The notes beneath the pieces are model-generated. The model had not been told where the DNA came from. It was given only the letters and a program-made list of their open reading frames with translations, and searched no databases. 39,880 nucleotides of DNA from a virus (taxonomy: Duplodnaviria; Caudoviricetes), in IMG/VR virus record IMGVR_UViG_3300032237_000346, positions 1 to 39,880 of that record; one strand, given 5' to 3'. Positions 8,550 through 17,106 of this stretch are shown one piece after another. Within the stretch, counting starts at the first letter, position 1, and each line of letters begins with the position of its first letter. Position numbers and translations under genes: made by a program.

Positions 8550-9386
8550 ATGACACTTGAACAAATAACAGGGAAGAACTACATCTCCCACTCCGCCATG
8601 TCAACATGGCTTGGGTGTGGATGGCAGTACTACCTCACTCGTGTGCAGCATGTGGCAGAGTCACCTTCCTACTGGCTTGCTGGTGGTAAGGCTGTACATG
8701 AGTGCACAGAAATCTATGACATCACACCTGAGGGTTTTGACCCAACGGCTATGTTTATAGAACGATGGAATCATAACTACAAACTGGTTGACAACGGTAT
8801 GCCTTGGCGTGCTGGTGGTCGTGCTACCAAGGCATATCCCAACAAGGAAGATGCTGACTGGTGGCTTGCCAATGGTCCGAAGATGGTTGACTTTTGGATT
8901 CAGTTCAGAGAAGAAAGTGGTTGGAAGATTTGGGAAACCCCCGTTGGCATCCCCGCTATTGAAACTGAAATGAATCAGACAGTCAACGGTGTAAACATTA
9001 AGGCGTTTCTTGACCGCATTATGGTTGCACCTACTGGCGAGTTAGTAATTGTAGATATTAAGACAGGTGCTGAGCCTAAGTCTCAGACACAACTTGGTAT
9101 CTATGCAGTACTGGTGGAGAAAACCTTTGGTGTTCGCCCACAACTTGGCAGTTATTTCATGGCACGCACAGGGGAACTAACAACTCCTGTTAGCCTTGAC
9201 CGCTTTACTGAATCACGCCTTGGCTCATGGGCTAAAGGCTTTGAGATAGCGGTAAGTAATAAAATCTTTATACCATCAACAGGGTTTATGTGTGGCACAT
9301 GCTCAGTAAACTCATCATGCTATGCAGTGGGTGGCAAAGACTCACATCTTTATCCAGAGATACCTATAGGAGAACCAAATGACTGA
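8550..9386 (+). CDS. Cas4/RecB-like PD-(D/E)XK exonuclease
   Basis: ISHS....WLGC, GKAVH, FLDRI, IVDIKTG, QLGIY, and C-terminal C..C.....C (Fe-S-type cysteines). Confidence 0.85.
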   Translation: MTLEQITGKNYISHSAMSTWLGCGWQYYLTRVQHVAESPSYWLAGGKAVHECTEIYDITPEGFDPTAMFIERWNHNYKLVDNGMPWRAGGRATKAYPNKEDADWWLANGPKMVDFWIQFREESGWKIWETPVGIPAIETEMNQTVNGVNIKAFLDRIMVAPTGELVIVDIKTGAEPKSQTQLGIYAVLVEKTFGVRPQLGSYFMARTGELTTPVSLDRFTESRLGSWAKGFEIAVSNKIFIPSTGFMCGTCSVNSSCYAVGGKDSHLYPEIPIGEPND

Positions 9387-9783
9387 ACCGCTATACCAAG
9401 TAAATGTAAAGACACCTAAGGGTACTTTACTTAACATTCGTGCAACCTCTGATGCTGAACTAGATGCAGCACTAGATGGTTTGACACTACGCATTGCAGC
9501 AATTGCTGACCTTGAGTCAAGCATTGATGCTATCTGTGCGGTAAGCAACGCTGGTCTTACACCACAAGTTGTAAACCACACACCAGTTGCAGCAGTAGCA
9601 CCTTCATACCCAGCACCAGCAGGCTACAAGCCAATGGTTGGAACACCTGATTGCACTTGCGGTGGTGGACCTATGCGCCATGTACCAGCAGGTATTGCTA
9701 AAGCAACTGGTCGCCCATACAAGGGTTTCTATGCGTGCCCAAAGCCACAGGGACAGGCTTGCCAGAACAAGGTACCTGCATAG
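9379..9783 (+). CDS. Hypothetical replication/recombination protein with C-terminal Cys motif
   Basis: CTCGGGPM...YKGFYACP...C; lies between the exonuclease and the helicase. Confidence 0.6.
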   Translation: MTEPLYQVNVKTPKGTLLNIRATSDAELDAALDGLTLRIAAIADLESSIDAICAVSNAGLTPQVVNHTPVAAVAPSYPAPAGYKPMVGTPDCTCGGGPMRHVPAGIAKATGRPYKGFYACPKPQGQACQNKVPA

Positions 9784-9786
9784 AAG

Positions 9787-10566
9787 ATGCGCCTACTCAG
9801 CCGTGCTATTAAGACAGAATCACGAGGGGGTGCGACCCTTCCTGTGGTCTGGCACTCACTCGCTGCTCAACAAATAGCAATCCGTTACGGCGAAGTAAGC
9901 ATGATTGCTGGACCGCCAGGGGCAGGCAAGTCAACGCTTGCTCTGTCCTTGGCAGTCCGTGCAAAAGTTCCAACTCTTTACATCTCTGCAGATACACACT
10001 CACATACGATGAGCCTTCGTTTGCTTGCATTGCTGACGGGAAAGCAACAAGCAGAAGTAGAACCTCTTATGGAAATGGATAGAGATTGGGCAGCGCAAAT
10101 GCTCAAGCCTGCTGACCACATCTATTGGGAGTTTGATTCATCACCAACACTTAAAGACATTGAGGATGCAGTACTTGCTACTCGTGAAAGACTTGGTGAG
10201 GATGTTCGTTTGATTGTGCTTGACAATGCAGTAGATGTAACCATGGATTCGCAAGATGAGTGGGGTGGTTTGCGTACGCTGATGAAGGAACTCAAGTGGT
10301 GGGCACGGGAGACTGGTGCTGCGGTTGTGGTTTGTCACCACACCTCCGAAGGGGTATTGGGTAATCCTTGCCCACCACAAAAAGCACTGCATGGGAAAGT
10401 GGCGCAGACTCCGAGTCTGATACTTACAGTTATTAACCAGATTTCTACGATGGGTGTGTGTGCTGTTAAGAATCGTTACGGACCTGCCGATGCTAACGGA
10501 GGCACACCAGTGTGGCTTTCGTATGACCCTGCAAGTATGCAGGTACTAGATGTTGGACAACCTTAG
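9787..10566 (+). CDS. DnaB-like replicative helicase (RecA-fold ATPase)
   Basis: Walker A GPPGAGKS, LIVLDN Walker B, VKNRYGP arginine finger. Confidence 0.85.
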   Translation: MRLLSRAIKTESRGGATLPVVWHSLAAQQIAIRYGEVSMIAGPPGAGKSTLALSLAVRAKVPTLYISADTHSHTMSLRLLALLTGKQQAEVEPLMEMDRDWAAQMLKPADHIYWEFDSSPTLKDIEDAVLATRERLGEDVRLIVLDNAVDVTMDSQDEWGGLRTLMKELKWWARETGAAVVVCHHTSEGVLGNPCPPQKALHGKVAQTPSLILTVINQISTMGVCAVKNRYGPADANGGTPVWLSYDPASMQVLDVGQP

Positions 10567-10575
10567 GAGAATTAA

Positions 10576-10878
10576 ATGGATTGGGATTTATCAGTAATAG
10601 AAAATGGTGGTGAAGTACCAGCCAGCGAAGTCGGAGACGAGTTCGTTATTAAAACAGAGCGTTTTAAGACAGACATTGAAGCACAACTTAAATTTACACC
10701 TCGTGTATTGACATACACCGCTGGTTGGAGGGCACTTGTTTGGAAAAATAAAAAGACTGGTGAGTTCATGGACCTCACAGAAGAACAGTTCAACGCTTAC
10801 ACTGACGGAAGAACTGTTACTTTCACCGCAAAGGATGGAAGCAGTACTGAGCAAGTTGAAGGTACCGCAGGAAGTTAA
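10576..10878 (+). CDS. Hypothetical protein
   Basis: RBS taggag; fits the operon spacing. Confidence 0.65.
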   Translation: MDWDLSVIENGGEVPASEVGDEFVIKTERFKTDIEAQLKFTPRVLTYTAGWRALVWKNKKTGEFMDLTEEQFNAYTDGRTVTFTAKDGSSTEQVEGTAGS

Positions 10879-11152
10879 AGACATAATCATTGCTGAGTTA
10901 CCTAATGTAATGGAGCAGGTTAACGAAGCATCACGGCAAATCTATGACCCAAATACTATTTGGTTAGAGGCTATTCAGTTTGCAGATTATGTTGGTCAGT
11001 TTGGTGAACACCTACAAGAACATCATGGTCCTGATTGTGTTGCTGAAATTGCAGCAGGTTTAATTAACTTGGCTGATTCTTTTAAAGAGATGGGCGAGAG
11101 CGCCCTTACGGTTATTGATGAGAGCGAGGCTATGGATGGCACACAGCAGTAA
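10835..11152 (+). CDS. Hypothetical acidic helical protein
   Basis: Likely start ATG 10835 within ORF 10736..11152. Confidence 0.6.
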   Translation: MEAVLSKLKVPQEVKDIIIAELPNVMEQVNEASRQIYDPNTIWLEAIQFADYVGQFGEHLQEHHGPDCVAEIAAGLINLADSFKEMGESALTVIDESEAMDGTQQ

Positions 11153-11870
11153 AGAAACATTATCCGTTGGTTGGTGTGACAATGGTTTGACTGACGGTAA
11201 GTTCACCGAAGGTCTGATGTACACCACAATCACAGCACCAACACGCAACATTGGTATTCATAACGCGGTGCGTGTGCAAGGTAATCAGATTGGTCGCCAA
11301 CGCCAAGCGCTGTTTGACATGTGGGCAGATAACATTAAGACAGATTGGTTGCTATGGGTTGACTCTGACATCGTGCTAACCCTTGACATCCTTGAGTTGT
11401 TATGGAATACAGCAGACAAAGTGGCTCGCCCTGTTGTATCGGGTGTGTACTTCATCTCTAAGCAGATGGAGTCATCATTGATGCAACCTATGCCTGCATT
11501 GTTTGATGAAGGTAGCAATGAGTTTGAGATTAAGTACAAGCACCCGCTACCTAAAGACCAAATCATTAAGGTAGATAACGCAGGGCTTGGGCTTACCCTG
11601 ATGCATAAGTCTGTGGTTCCTGCATTAAGACAGAAGTTTCCAGACCAGTCTATGTTTGCAGAGATTGAGAATGTGGGTGAGAAGTTTGTGGGTGAGGACA
11701 TTGTGTTCTTCCGTAAACTTAAAGCAGCAGGTGTACCTGTACATGCACACACTGGTGCTATCGCAAAGCACATGAAGCGCTTTGCTTACGATGAGAATTA
11801 CTATGCACTGTACTGGCAAGCAGCACAAGCAGCAGCGAATCAGGAGAACAACAATGGACCACAAGGTTAA
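11136..11870 (+). CDS. Glycosyltransferase (GT-A fold, GT2-like)
   Basis: WLLWVDSD (DxD), VVSGVY, AGLGLTLMHKSV, GEDIVFF, HTG...H.K motifs. Confidence 0.8.
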   Translation: MAHSSKETLSVGWCDNGLTDGKFTEGLMYTTITAPTRNIGIHNAVRVQGNQIGRQRQALFDMWADNIKTDWLLWVDSDIVLTLDILELLWNTADKVARPVVSGVYFISKQMESSLMQPMPALFDEGSNEFEIKYKHPLPKDQIIKVDNAGLGLTLMHKSVVPALRQKFPDQSMFAEIENVGEKFVGEDIVFFRKLKAAGVPVHAHTGAIAKHMKRFAYDENYYALYWQAAQAAANQENNNGPQG

Positions 11871-12177
11871 TAGAAACACAGTAATAATTGCACAAGCAGC
11901 AAGGCATACATCAAGAACTGCTGCACTAAAAGCATTACCGCGTACTGGTTCTTGGCGTGCAAAAGTTTACGAGTTTATTAAACTGCAAGGTTTTAATGGG
12001 GCAACAGACCAAGAGATAGAATCTTTCTTAAGTCTCAATGGCAATACTGTACGCCCAACTCGCATGACATTATTAAAAGATGGGTTCATTGTTGATTCAG
12101 GTCGCACAAGAAAAAACATTAACGATAATGATTGCATCGTATGGATTTCTTCAACAGAGGAAGGCAAATTATTTTAA
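11854..12177 (+). CDS. Winged-HTH DNA-binding protein
   Basis: GATDQEI......NTVRPTRMTL..DGFIVDSG.TR...IVW; RBS caggag. Confidence 0.7.
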   Translation: MDHKVNRNTVIIAQAARHTSRTAALKALPRTGSWRAKVYEFIKLQGFNGATDQEIESFLSLNGNTVRPTRMTLLKDGFIVDSGRTRKNINDNDCIVWISSTEEGKLF

Positions 12178-12542
12178 TGGTAACACAGCAAGCAAGTAAC
12201 AAGCGTAGGGGCGCAGCATTTGAGATTGACCTAGCCGATTGGTTGATGGAGAACGGGTACAACGCACAGCGTTTACCTCGTGCTGGTCGCAATGACATTG
12301 GTGATGTTGCACTACCTACTGGCAACGACATCTATGTGATTGAAGCCAAGGCACCACGGCGTGACGGCAAGATAGATTTATCTGGGTGGATTCGTGAGGC
12401 ACAGATAGAGGCGGAGAACTACCGTATTGCTAAGCGATTGAAGATTGCACCTACGCCATTGGTTATTATCAAGGCATCTAACAAGGGGATTGAGGATGCT
12501 TATGTAGTACAAAGGCTCAGTGATGCTCTTGCAAAACTCTAA
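12177..12542 (+). CDS. Holliday junction resolvase (Hjc-type PD-(D/E)XK)
   Basis: KRRGAAFE..LA..L, DIGD, VIEAK. Confidence 0.8.
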   Translation: MVTQQASNKRRGAAFEIDLADWLMENGYNAQRLPRAGRNDIGDVALPTGNDIYVIEAKAPRRDGKIDLSGWIREAQIEAENYRIAKRLKIAPTPLVIIKASNKGIEDAYVVQRLSDALAKL

Positions 12543-12900
12543 GCATGACTTGGCAAAAGTACTAGAACATTACGGCTTTGACATACCGCAAGGTAAACGC
12601 GGGTGGGTGACTGTGCGCTGTGCCTTCCACGGTGATAGAGTAAAGTCTGCTCGTCTTAATACAGAAAACGGTGGGTTCAGATGCTTCGGCTGCGACATGG
12701 CTGGAGATGTGTACTCAATCATTATGAAGAAAGAAGGAGTGACTTTCAATGAGGCTAAGCAAATCGCAGAGAGAATTACTGGAGAGAGCAACGGAGACTT
12801 ACGCTCAAAACCTCGTGGAGATTCTTCCGTATCTGGAGAGTCGCGGTATAACGGAGGCAACGGCTCGTATGTTTCGCCTCGGCTTCGTAAAAAATCCTGA
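12520..12900 (+). CDS. DNA primase zinc-binding (CHC2) subunit
   Basis: CAFHGDRVKSA...FRCFGCDMAGDVY..I...EG..F.EA. Confidence 0.85.
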   Translation: MMLLQNSKHDLAKVLEHYGFDIPQGKRGWVTVRCAFHGDRVKSARLNTENGGFRCFGCDMAGDVYSIIMKKEGVTFNEAKQIAERITGESNGDLRSKPRGDSSVSGESRYNGGNGSYVSPRLRKKS

Positions 12901-13381
12901 GGTAGGACATGAGCCTTACATTGGTAAGTTATCTATTCCATACCTAACACCATCTGGAACTATTGACATACGCTTTCGTGCCTTAAGTCCTGATGCTGCT
13001 GGTCCGAAGTACATGTCAAGACCAGGGGCTACCACTCACATCTTTAACATCAACGCATTGAACAAAGATGATGACACACTAATCGTGTGCGAAGGTGAAC
13101 TTGATACTGTTGTTGCTACACAAGCAGGCTTTGCTGCAGTTGGTTTACCAGGTGCCAACAATTGGAAACCTTTTTACTCACGAGTACTTGCTGACTGGAC
13201 AAAAGTAATTCTGCTCTGCGATGGAGACAACGCTGGCAGGGAGATGGCTAAGAATCTAAGTAGAGAACTAGACAATGTATTCCCTGTGTTCATGCCTGAG
13301 GGTCAGGATGTTAACGATGTCTACCTAGCAGAAGGGGCAGACGGTTTGCGAAAGCGAGTCGGCGTGCTAATACATGGCTAA
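12749..13381 (+). CDS. DNA primase TOPRIM subunit
   Basis: YLESRGI, FRLG, PKY, VCEGELD, DGDNAG, GQDVND; has its own RBS aaggag. Confidence 0.88.
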   Translation: MRLSKSQRELLERATETYAQNLVEILPYLESRGITEATARMFRLGFVKNPEVGHEPYIGKLSIPYLTPSGTIDIRFRALSPDAAGPKYMSRPGATTHIFNINALNKDDDTLIVCEGELDTVVATQAGFAAVGLPGANNWKPFYSRVLADWTKVILLCDGDNAGREMAKNLSRELDNVFPVFMPEGQDVNDVYLAEGADGLRKRVGVLIHG

Positions 13382-13760
13382 AAATTCATCCTTTGATTTA
13401 GACTTTGGATACGGGCGGAAAGGTGAGAAGTTAGTTGAAGAACTACTCACTGATGGCAAGACAATAGAAGTAAAGCGTGACAGAAAATGGAACAAGACAA
13501 ACAATCTCTACATAGAAGTTGAGTGTTGGTTTCTTAAGACACAATCTTGGGAAGCATCTGGGTTGATGGTAACTGAGGCTGCTTACTGGGCGTTCGTACT
13601 TGAGAAGGGCGTGCTCATGGTACCTACTGACCATGTACACTACGCAATTAAGAACTTTGGTAGAGAGATTACCTGTGAGATTCCCCCGAATAAAAGCAAG
13701 GGCTATCTCATAACAGTTGATAACTTACTAGAGGCAATGAGGCAATTAAAGAATGAGTGA
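13374..13760 (+). CDS. Putative PD-(D/E)XK nuclease-like protein
   Basis: FDLD..YG..GE, IEVKRD, NLYIE. Confidence 0.55.
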   Translation: MAKNSSFDLDFGYGRKGEKLVEELLTDGKTIEVKRDRKWNKTNNLYIEVECWFLKTQSWEASGLMVTEAAYWAFVLEKGVLMVPTDHVHYAIKNFGREITCEIPPNKSKGYLITVDNLLEAMRQLKNE

Positions 13761-14406
13761 CGAGAAAGATTTACTATGGGAACAGGTCTATAAAGTAGCA
13801 CGCTTATCTGCTGCTAGATGTACCCGTATTCATAGGCACTTAGTCACGGCTGATGATGTGTACCAACACCTTAACCTGTGGGCATTAGAACATTGGCACA
13901 AGATTGAGGAGTGGCAATCGCAAGACTCATTGGTATTTAAACTTAAGCGTACATTCAACAACGAGTCGCAGAAGTTTGCTGCTAAAGAGCGTGCCTATAA
14001 AACTAAGTCATCACCATCGGATGCTTTTTATTACACGCATGAGATTTTGCAGGAGTTACTCAAAGATGTGTGGAACTATGAGCAGTGGACAGTATCTTCA
14101 ACACCTAAAGATGATTTCATTTCTACCTCAAGCAAGCCAAGCGAAGGCATGAATCGTGAGGCTATGTTAAGTGATGTGTCTTTCTGTCTTAAGAAATTAA
14201 ATGAACAGGACAACCTGCTTCTACATCGTAGGTTTGCAAATGGTGGCACTGACATAGATGCATTGGCTATTGAGTACAACATTAGTGATGAGGCAGTACG
14301 CAAGCGTGTGTCTCGTGCACTTACCAAGTTACAAGATAGATTAGGTGGCGAACAACCACAATGGAATAACCGTAGATACCGCAAGCCAGACAGGAGTGAA
14401 GAATGA
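13753..14406 (+). CDS. RNA polymerase sigma-factor-like protein (region 4 HTH)
   Basis: ADDVYQ region-2-like segment; LNEQD..LL..RF...DIDALA.EYNISDEAVRKRVSRAL.KL region 4. Confidence 0.7.
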   Translation: MSDEKDLLWEQVYKVARLSAARCTRIHRHLVTADDVYQHLNLWALEHWHKIEEWQSQDSLVFKLKRTFNNESQKFAAKERAYKTKSSPSDAFYYTHEILQELLKDVWNYEQWTVSSTPKDDFISTSSKPSEGMNREAMLSDVSFCLKKLNEQDNLLLHRRFANGGTDIDALAIEYNISDEAVRKRVSRALTKLQDRLGGEQPQWNNRRYRKPDRSEE

Positions 14407-14564
14407 TTGATGTCTTAATAAATAAAATTAAAGATGCCTGTTATCACATACCTTCTGAGTTCTGTAAGTCCAATGAGATGATGAGTATTTACATTAAAGG
14501 TATTACCAATGGCAGAGAGCAAGCAATTAAAATACTGGAGGCAAGCAATGATACTAACTCATGA
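14403..14564 (+). CDS. Hypothetical 53-aa protein
   Basis: ATGA overlap, RBS caggag; translated by hand. Confidence 0.55.
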   Translation: MIDVLINKIKDACYHIPSEFCKSNEMMSIYIKGITNGREQAIKILEASNDTNS

Positions 14565-14673
14565 GTTTAACTGGAGAATGTTTTGTATTGGTATAGTGCA
14601 CTACAAGAATCTTAAATGCATTGAGGTTTACATCGGTCCACTTGCAGTAGGTATTTGGTGGGGTGTTAAATGA
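14548..14673 (+). CDS. Hypothetical 41-aa protein
   Basis: RBS ggagg; ATGA overlap with the kinase gene; translated by hand. Confidence 0.5.
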   Translation: MILTHEFNWRMFCIGIVHYKNLKCIEVYIGPLAVGIWWGVK

Positions 14674-15209
14674 TTATTGGATTGAGTGGATACGCACGCA
14701 GTGGTAAGGACAGCACCGCTGAATTGTTATGTCTTAATTACGGATACCGTAGAGTATCTTTTGCTGACCCAATACGCCATGCGTTGATGCAACTTAACCC
14801 AAAGTTAGATTCCATTGCACGCCTTGCTGAGTTTGTAGATGACTATGGTTGGGATGTAGTCAAGCAAAACCCTGAGGTACGCAGACTGATGCAGGTAATG
14901 GGCACTGAGGTAGGTCGCTCAATGTTTGGTGATGATGTGTGGATTAAGATGGCGCTTCGTGACTTAAGCCCTAACGATAGAGTTGTTATCTCTGATGTTC
15001 GTTATCCCAATGAGGCTAATGCAATCAAAGAATTAAGTGGTTCGCTTTGGCGTATCAACCGACACAATCACAGTGCAGTCAATGGTCACAAGTCTGAGCA
15101 CGCTATGGATAACTACATGTTTAATCATGTTATCTATAATGATGGAACTCTTGATGATTTAAGTGATGAAGTGTTCATGCTTGCTAAGGAACTTGACTTA
15201 GATAAATAA
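14670..15209 (+). CDS. Deoxynucleoside monophosphate kinase
   Basis: IIGLSGYARSGKD, SFADPIR, RRLMQVMGTEVGR, ISDVRYPNE, HKSE. Confidence 0.9.
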   Translation: MIIGLSGYARSGKDSTAELLCLNYGYRRVSFADPIRHALMQLNPKLDSIARLAEFVDDYGWDVVKQNPEVRRLMQVMGTEVGRSMFGDDVWIKMALRDLSPNDRVVISDVRYPNEANAIKELSGSLWRINRHNHSAVNGHKSEHAMDNYMFNHVIYNDGTLDDLSDEVFMLAKELDLDK

Positions 15210-15221
15210 TCTGCCTTAATA

Positions 15222-15310
15222 CATAGAGAAACCCAGCGAGACAGGAGAGAATCGCTGGGTCTTTCTATGCACACCAACCGCTACGCTTCCCCTTCGCAGT
15301 GGCTGGTGTA
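15222..15310. terminator. Two hairpins at the convergence of the replication and early transcripts
   Basis: catagagaaacccagcga/tcgctgggtctttctatg (15222-15269) and acaccaaccgct/agtggctggtgt (15271-15309). Confidence 0.7.
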
Positions 15311-15323
15311 CATGGCAAACCTA

Positions 15324-15665
15324 TCACCCAAGTTTTGGTTCTGTCAAAGCCCAGCCAATCCTTGCTCTAATCTTGTGGCGCATGGGTGGTGTCATCCCGC
15401 CCCACACCCCGTACCTTTCATGGGCTAAGCCCCATTCAAGGCAAGCCATCATGACTGGGCACTCAACACACATCTTTTCAAACATGCGCTCCTCGTCACG
15501 AGTGAACAACTCCTGTGCTGGGTAAAAAATCTCTGTGTCTATACCCTTGCACACAGCCTTGTCCCATAGCCGTTGGTTGTATCTTAAGACATAACCAATC
15601 AACCCCTTGTTGTATCTATTCTTGCTATGAGTAACGCTGGTTACTGTGTGGAACTGTGGCTTCAT
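15324..15665 (-). CDS. whiB: WhiB-family Fe-S transcription factor
   Basis: W..AVCKG.D.EIFYP, C..CPV...CLEW, YGVWGG.T...R. Confidence 0.93.
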   Translation of the reverse strand: MKPQFHTVTSVTHSKNRYNKGLIGYVLRYNQRLWDKAVCKGIDTEIFYPAQELFTRDEERMFEKMCVECPVMMACLEWGLAHERYGVWGGMTPPMRHKIRARIGWALTEPKLG

Positions 15666-15668
15666 GTC

Positions 15669-16112
15669 TTAATACCAACCCTTTGCTAAGTGATGTGCGT
15701 ATGCCTTGCAGATTGCGCCCTTGCCATAGTGCCTGTCAATGTATGCAAGCCCTGCATCTACCTGTCGGTAGCCGTTGCTCGTGGGTTTAATCTTAAGTAT
15801 CTTCCATGTGCGAGGCATGAGTTGGGCTATGCCCAGCGCATGACTTGACTTGTTCTTTGCTTGCGGTCGCCAGTTAGATTCCTCAGTCCACAATTCATAG
15901 AGACATGTGTACTGTTCTAAATCCCCTTGCTTCATCAACCTGTCAATGGCGTAGCGTTGGTAATCGTTCTGATAGTAGGCAATTATCTTGCCCTTTGGTG
16001 GTGATACAAACTGTTGTCCAGTTGGTGTCTTAAGAACTAAGATAAGTCCCAAGATAATTGTTGTAACAATCCATAACCTAGCGTGTGGGTGAATCAGTTT
16101 TAAGTTGAGCAT
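15669..16112 (-). CDS. Membrane-anchored lytic transglycosylase (SLT/lysozyme-like)
   Basis: N-terminal TM; EESNWRP.A, GIAQLMP, YI..HYG, GWY. Confidence 0.85.
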   Translation of the reverse strand: MLNLKLIHPHARLWIVTTIILGLILVLKTPTGQQFVSPPKGKIIAYYQNDYQRYAIDRLMKQGDLEQYTCLYELWTEESNWRPQAKNKSSHALGIAQLMPRTWKILKIKPTSNGYRQVDAGLAYIDRHYGKGAICKAYAHHLAKGWY

Positions 16113-16275
16113 CTAGTTCTGCCTCTGCCTTCTCATGTAGGTAAGTATCTATGGCTTTATTAGATAGTTCATTGTGATTTAATACACAAGCATCGCACAT
16201 CTCAAGCATGTAGTTAATAACCTTTGGGTTAATTACCATGATGTCGCACTTCAAACAAGGCATTAAGATTGTCAT
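16078..16275 (-). CDS. Hypothetical protein with two CxxC motifs
   Basis: CLKC...CDAC; overlapping operon arrangement. Confidence 0.6.
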   Translation of the reverse strand: MTILMPCLKCDIMVINPKVINYMLEMCDACVLNHNELSNKAIDTYLHEKAEAELDAQLKTDSPTR

Positions 16276-16517
16276 AACAACACCTTGCTGTGTGGCTCAG
16301 TGTTATCTAACTTAAGACAAAAATCATGTACTTCATCAAGCCAATCGGGTGATGTAATGAACCTGCCTTCCATGTCTAGCCATGTCAGTTCGTATCCGTC
16401 AAGGTCGTCCCAGTGCAGGATAACCCGTACTTCTTCGCCGTCAATGGTGAGGTCAAAGTCCTTGTCGTACGCTGTGGTTGCCTTGCTCATAGCCCCAGCC
16501 ATAATTGTGTGTGTCAT
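16272..16517 (-). CDS. Hypothetical acidic protein
   Basis: ORF track; abuts neighbouring genes. Confidence 0.65.
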   Translation of the reverse strand: MTHTIMAGAMSKATTAYDKDFDLTIDGEEVRVILHWDDLDGYELTWLDMEGRFITSPDWLDEVHDFCLKLDNTEPHSKVLL

Positions 16518-16655
16518 TTACTGTTCTCCCATCTCATCATGTAGTCGGTCGGGGTCATCTTCTCCGCAACTGCAATCAACCTTGTCACAATCTTCGCATG
16601 GTTGGTTGATACCCAGTGCTACATCATCTCCGTCTAGCCACATTGGTTCACTCAT
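16518..16655 (-). CDS. Hypothetical 45-aa acidic Cys-rich protein
   Basis: MSEPMWLDGDD...CEDCDKVDCSC..DPDRLHD; GACAGGAGA RBS; translated by hand. Confidence 0.65.
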   Translation of the reverse strand: MSEPMWLDGDDVALGINQPCEDCDKVDCSCGEDDPDRLHDEMGEQ

Positions 16656-16810
16656 TTGTTATCTCCTGTCTCAAGACATGCTGTCTCGGCTGTCCATTTG
16701 TTGTTTGTTTTATTTACTTTTTCTTCTGCTTTATCTATTGCATCTTGTTCATCTATTGCAGTAATTACTACTGTTTTAGTAGTGCTTAAAACTACATGAT
16801 ACTTTGGCAT
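16652..16810 (-). CDS. Hypothetical 52-aa protein
   Basis: MPKYHVVL...; GACAGGAGA RBS; translated by hand. Confidence 0.65.
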   Translation of the reverse strand: MPKYHVVLSTTKTVVITAIDEQDAIDKAEEKVNKTNNKWTAETACLETGDNK

Positions 16811-16968
16811 TACTTTTCTCCTGTCTTAAGTAATACACCTAGAGTTTCTAGGTGATGTTCCATTATGCCTTGCCAGTAGTCAAAGTCCTCGTTATTTGTA
16901 GTAGCGTTTCGCTGTGACCTTGCTCTCTTTATTGCGCTGTGTATTCTTTTAATCTGCTTGTCGCTCAT
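16810..16968 (-). CDS. Hypothetical 52-aa protein
   Basis: MSDKQIKR...LKTGEK; TAATG overlap; translated by hand. Confidence 0.6.
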   Translation of the reverse strand: MSDKQIKRIHSAIKRARSQRNATTNNEDFDYWQGIMEHHLETLGVLLKTGEK

Positions 16969-16971
16969 GTC

Positions 16972-17106
16972 TTAAGAACTAATCTCATACGACTGGCACA
17001 CCATCATTACAACATCGTCAAGTTTTGCTATCAAGTCTGATAGTTCTTGCTCGGTCAAGTGCTTGGTCATGCCTTTTGTAAGTGATGACTTCCATACATT
17101 AGCCAT
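16972..17106 (-). CDS. Hypothetical 44-aa protein
   Basis: Start MANVWK with gaggag RBS. Confidence 0.6.
   Translation of the reverse strand: MANVWKSSLTKGMTKHLTEQELSDLIAKLDDVVMMVCQSYEISS

Noticed and set aside
8550-9386. Cas4-like gene as a sign of a CRISPR system
   Set aside because: No repeat-spacer array or other cas genes; standalone Cas4-like nucleases are common in actinophage replication modules.
16285-16764. 159-aa plus-strand ORF in the early region
   Set aside because: Antisense to three RBS-bearing minus-strand genes; implausible composition.
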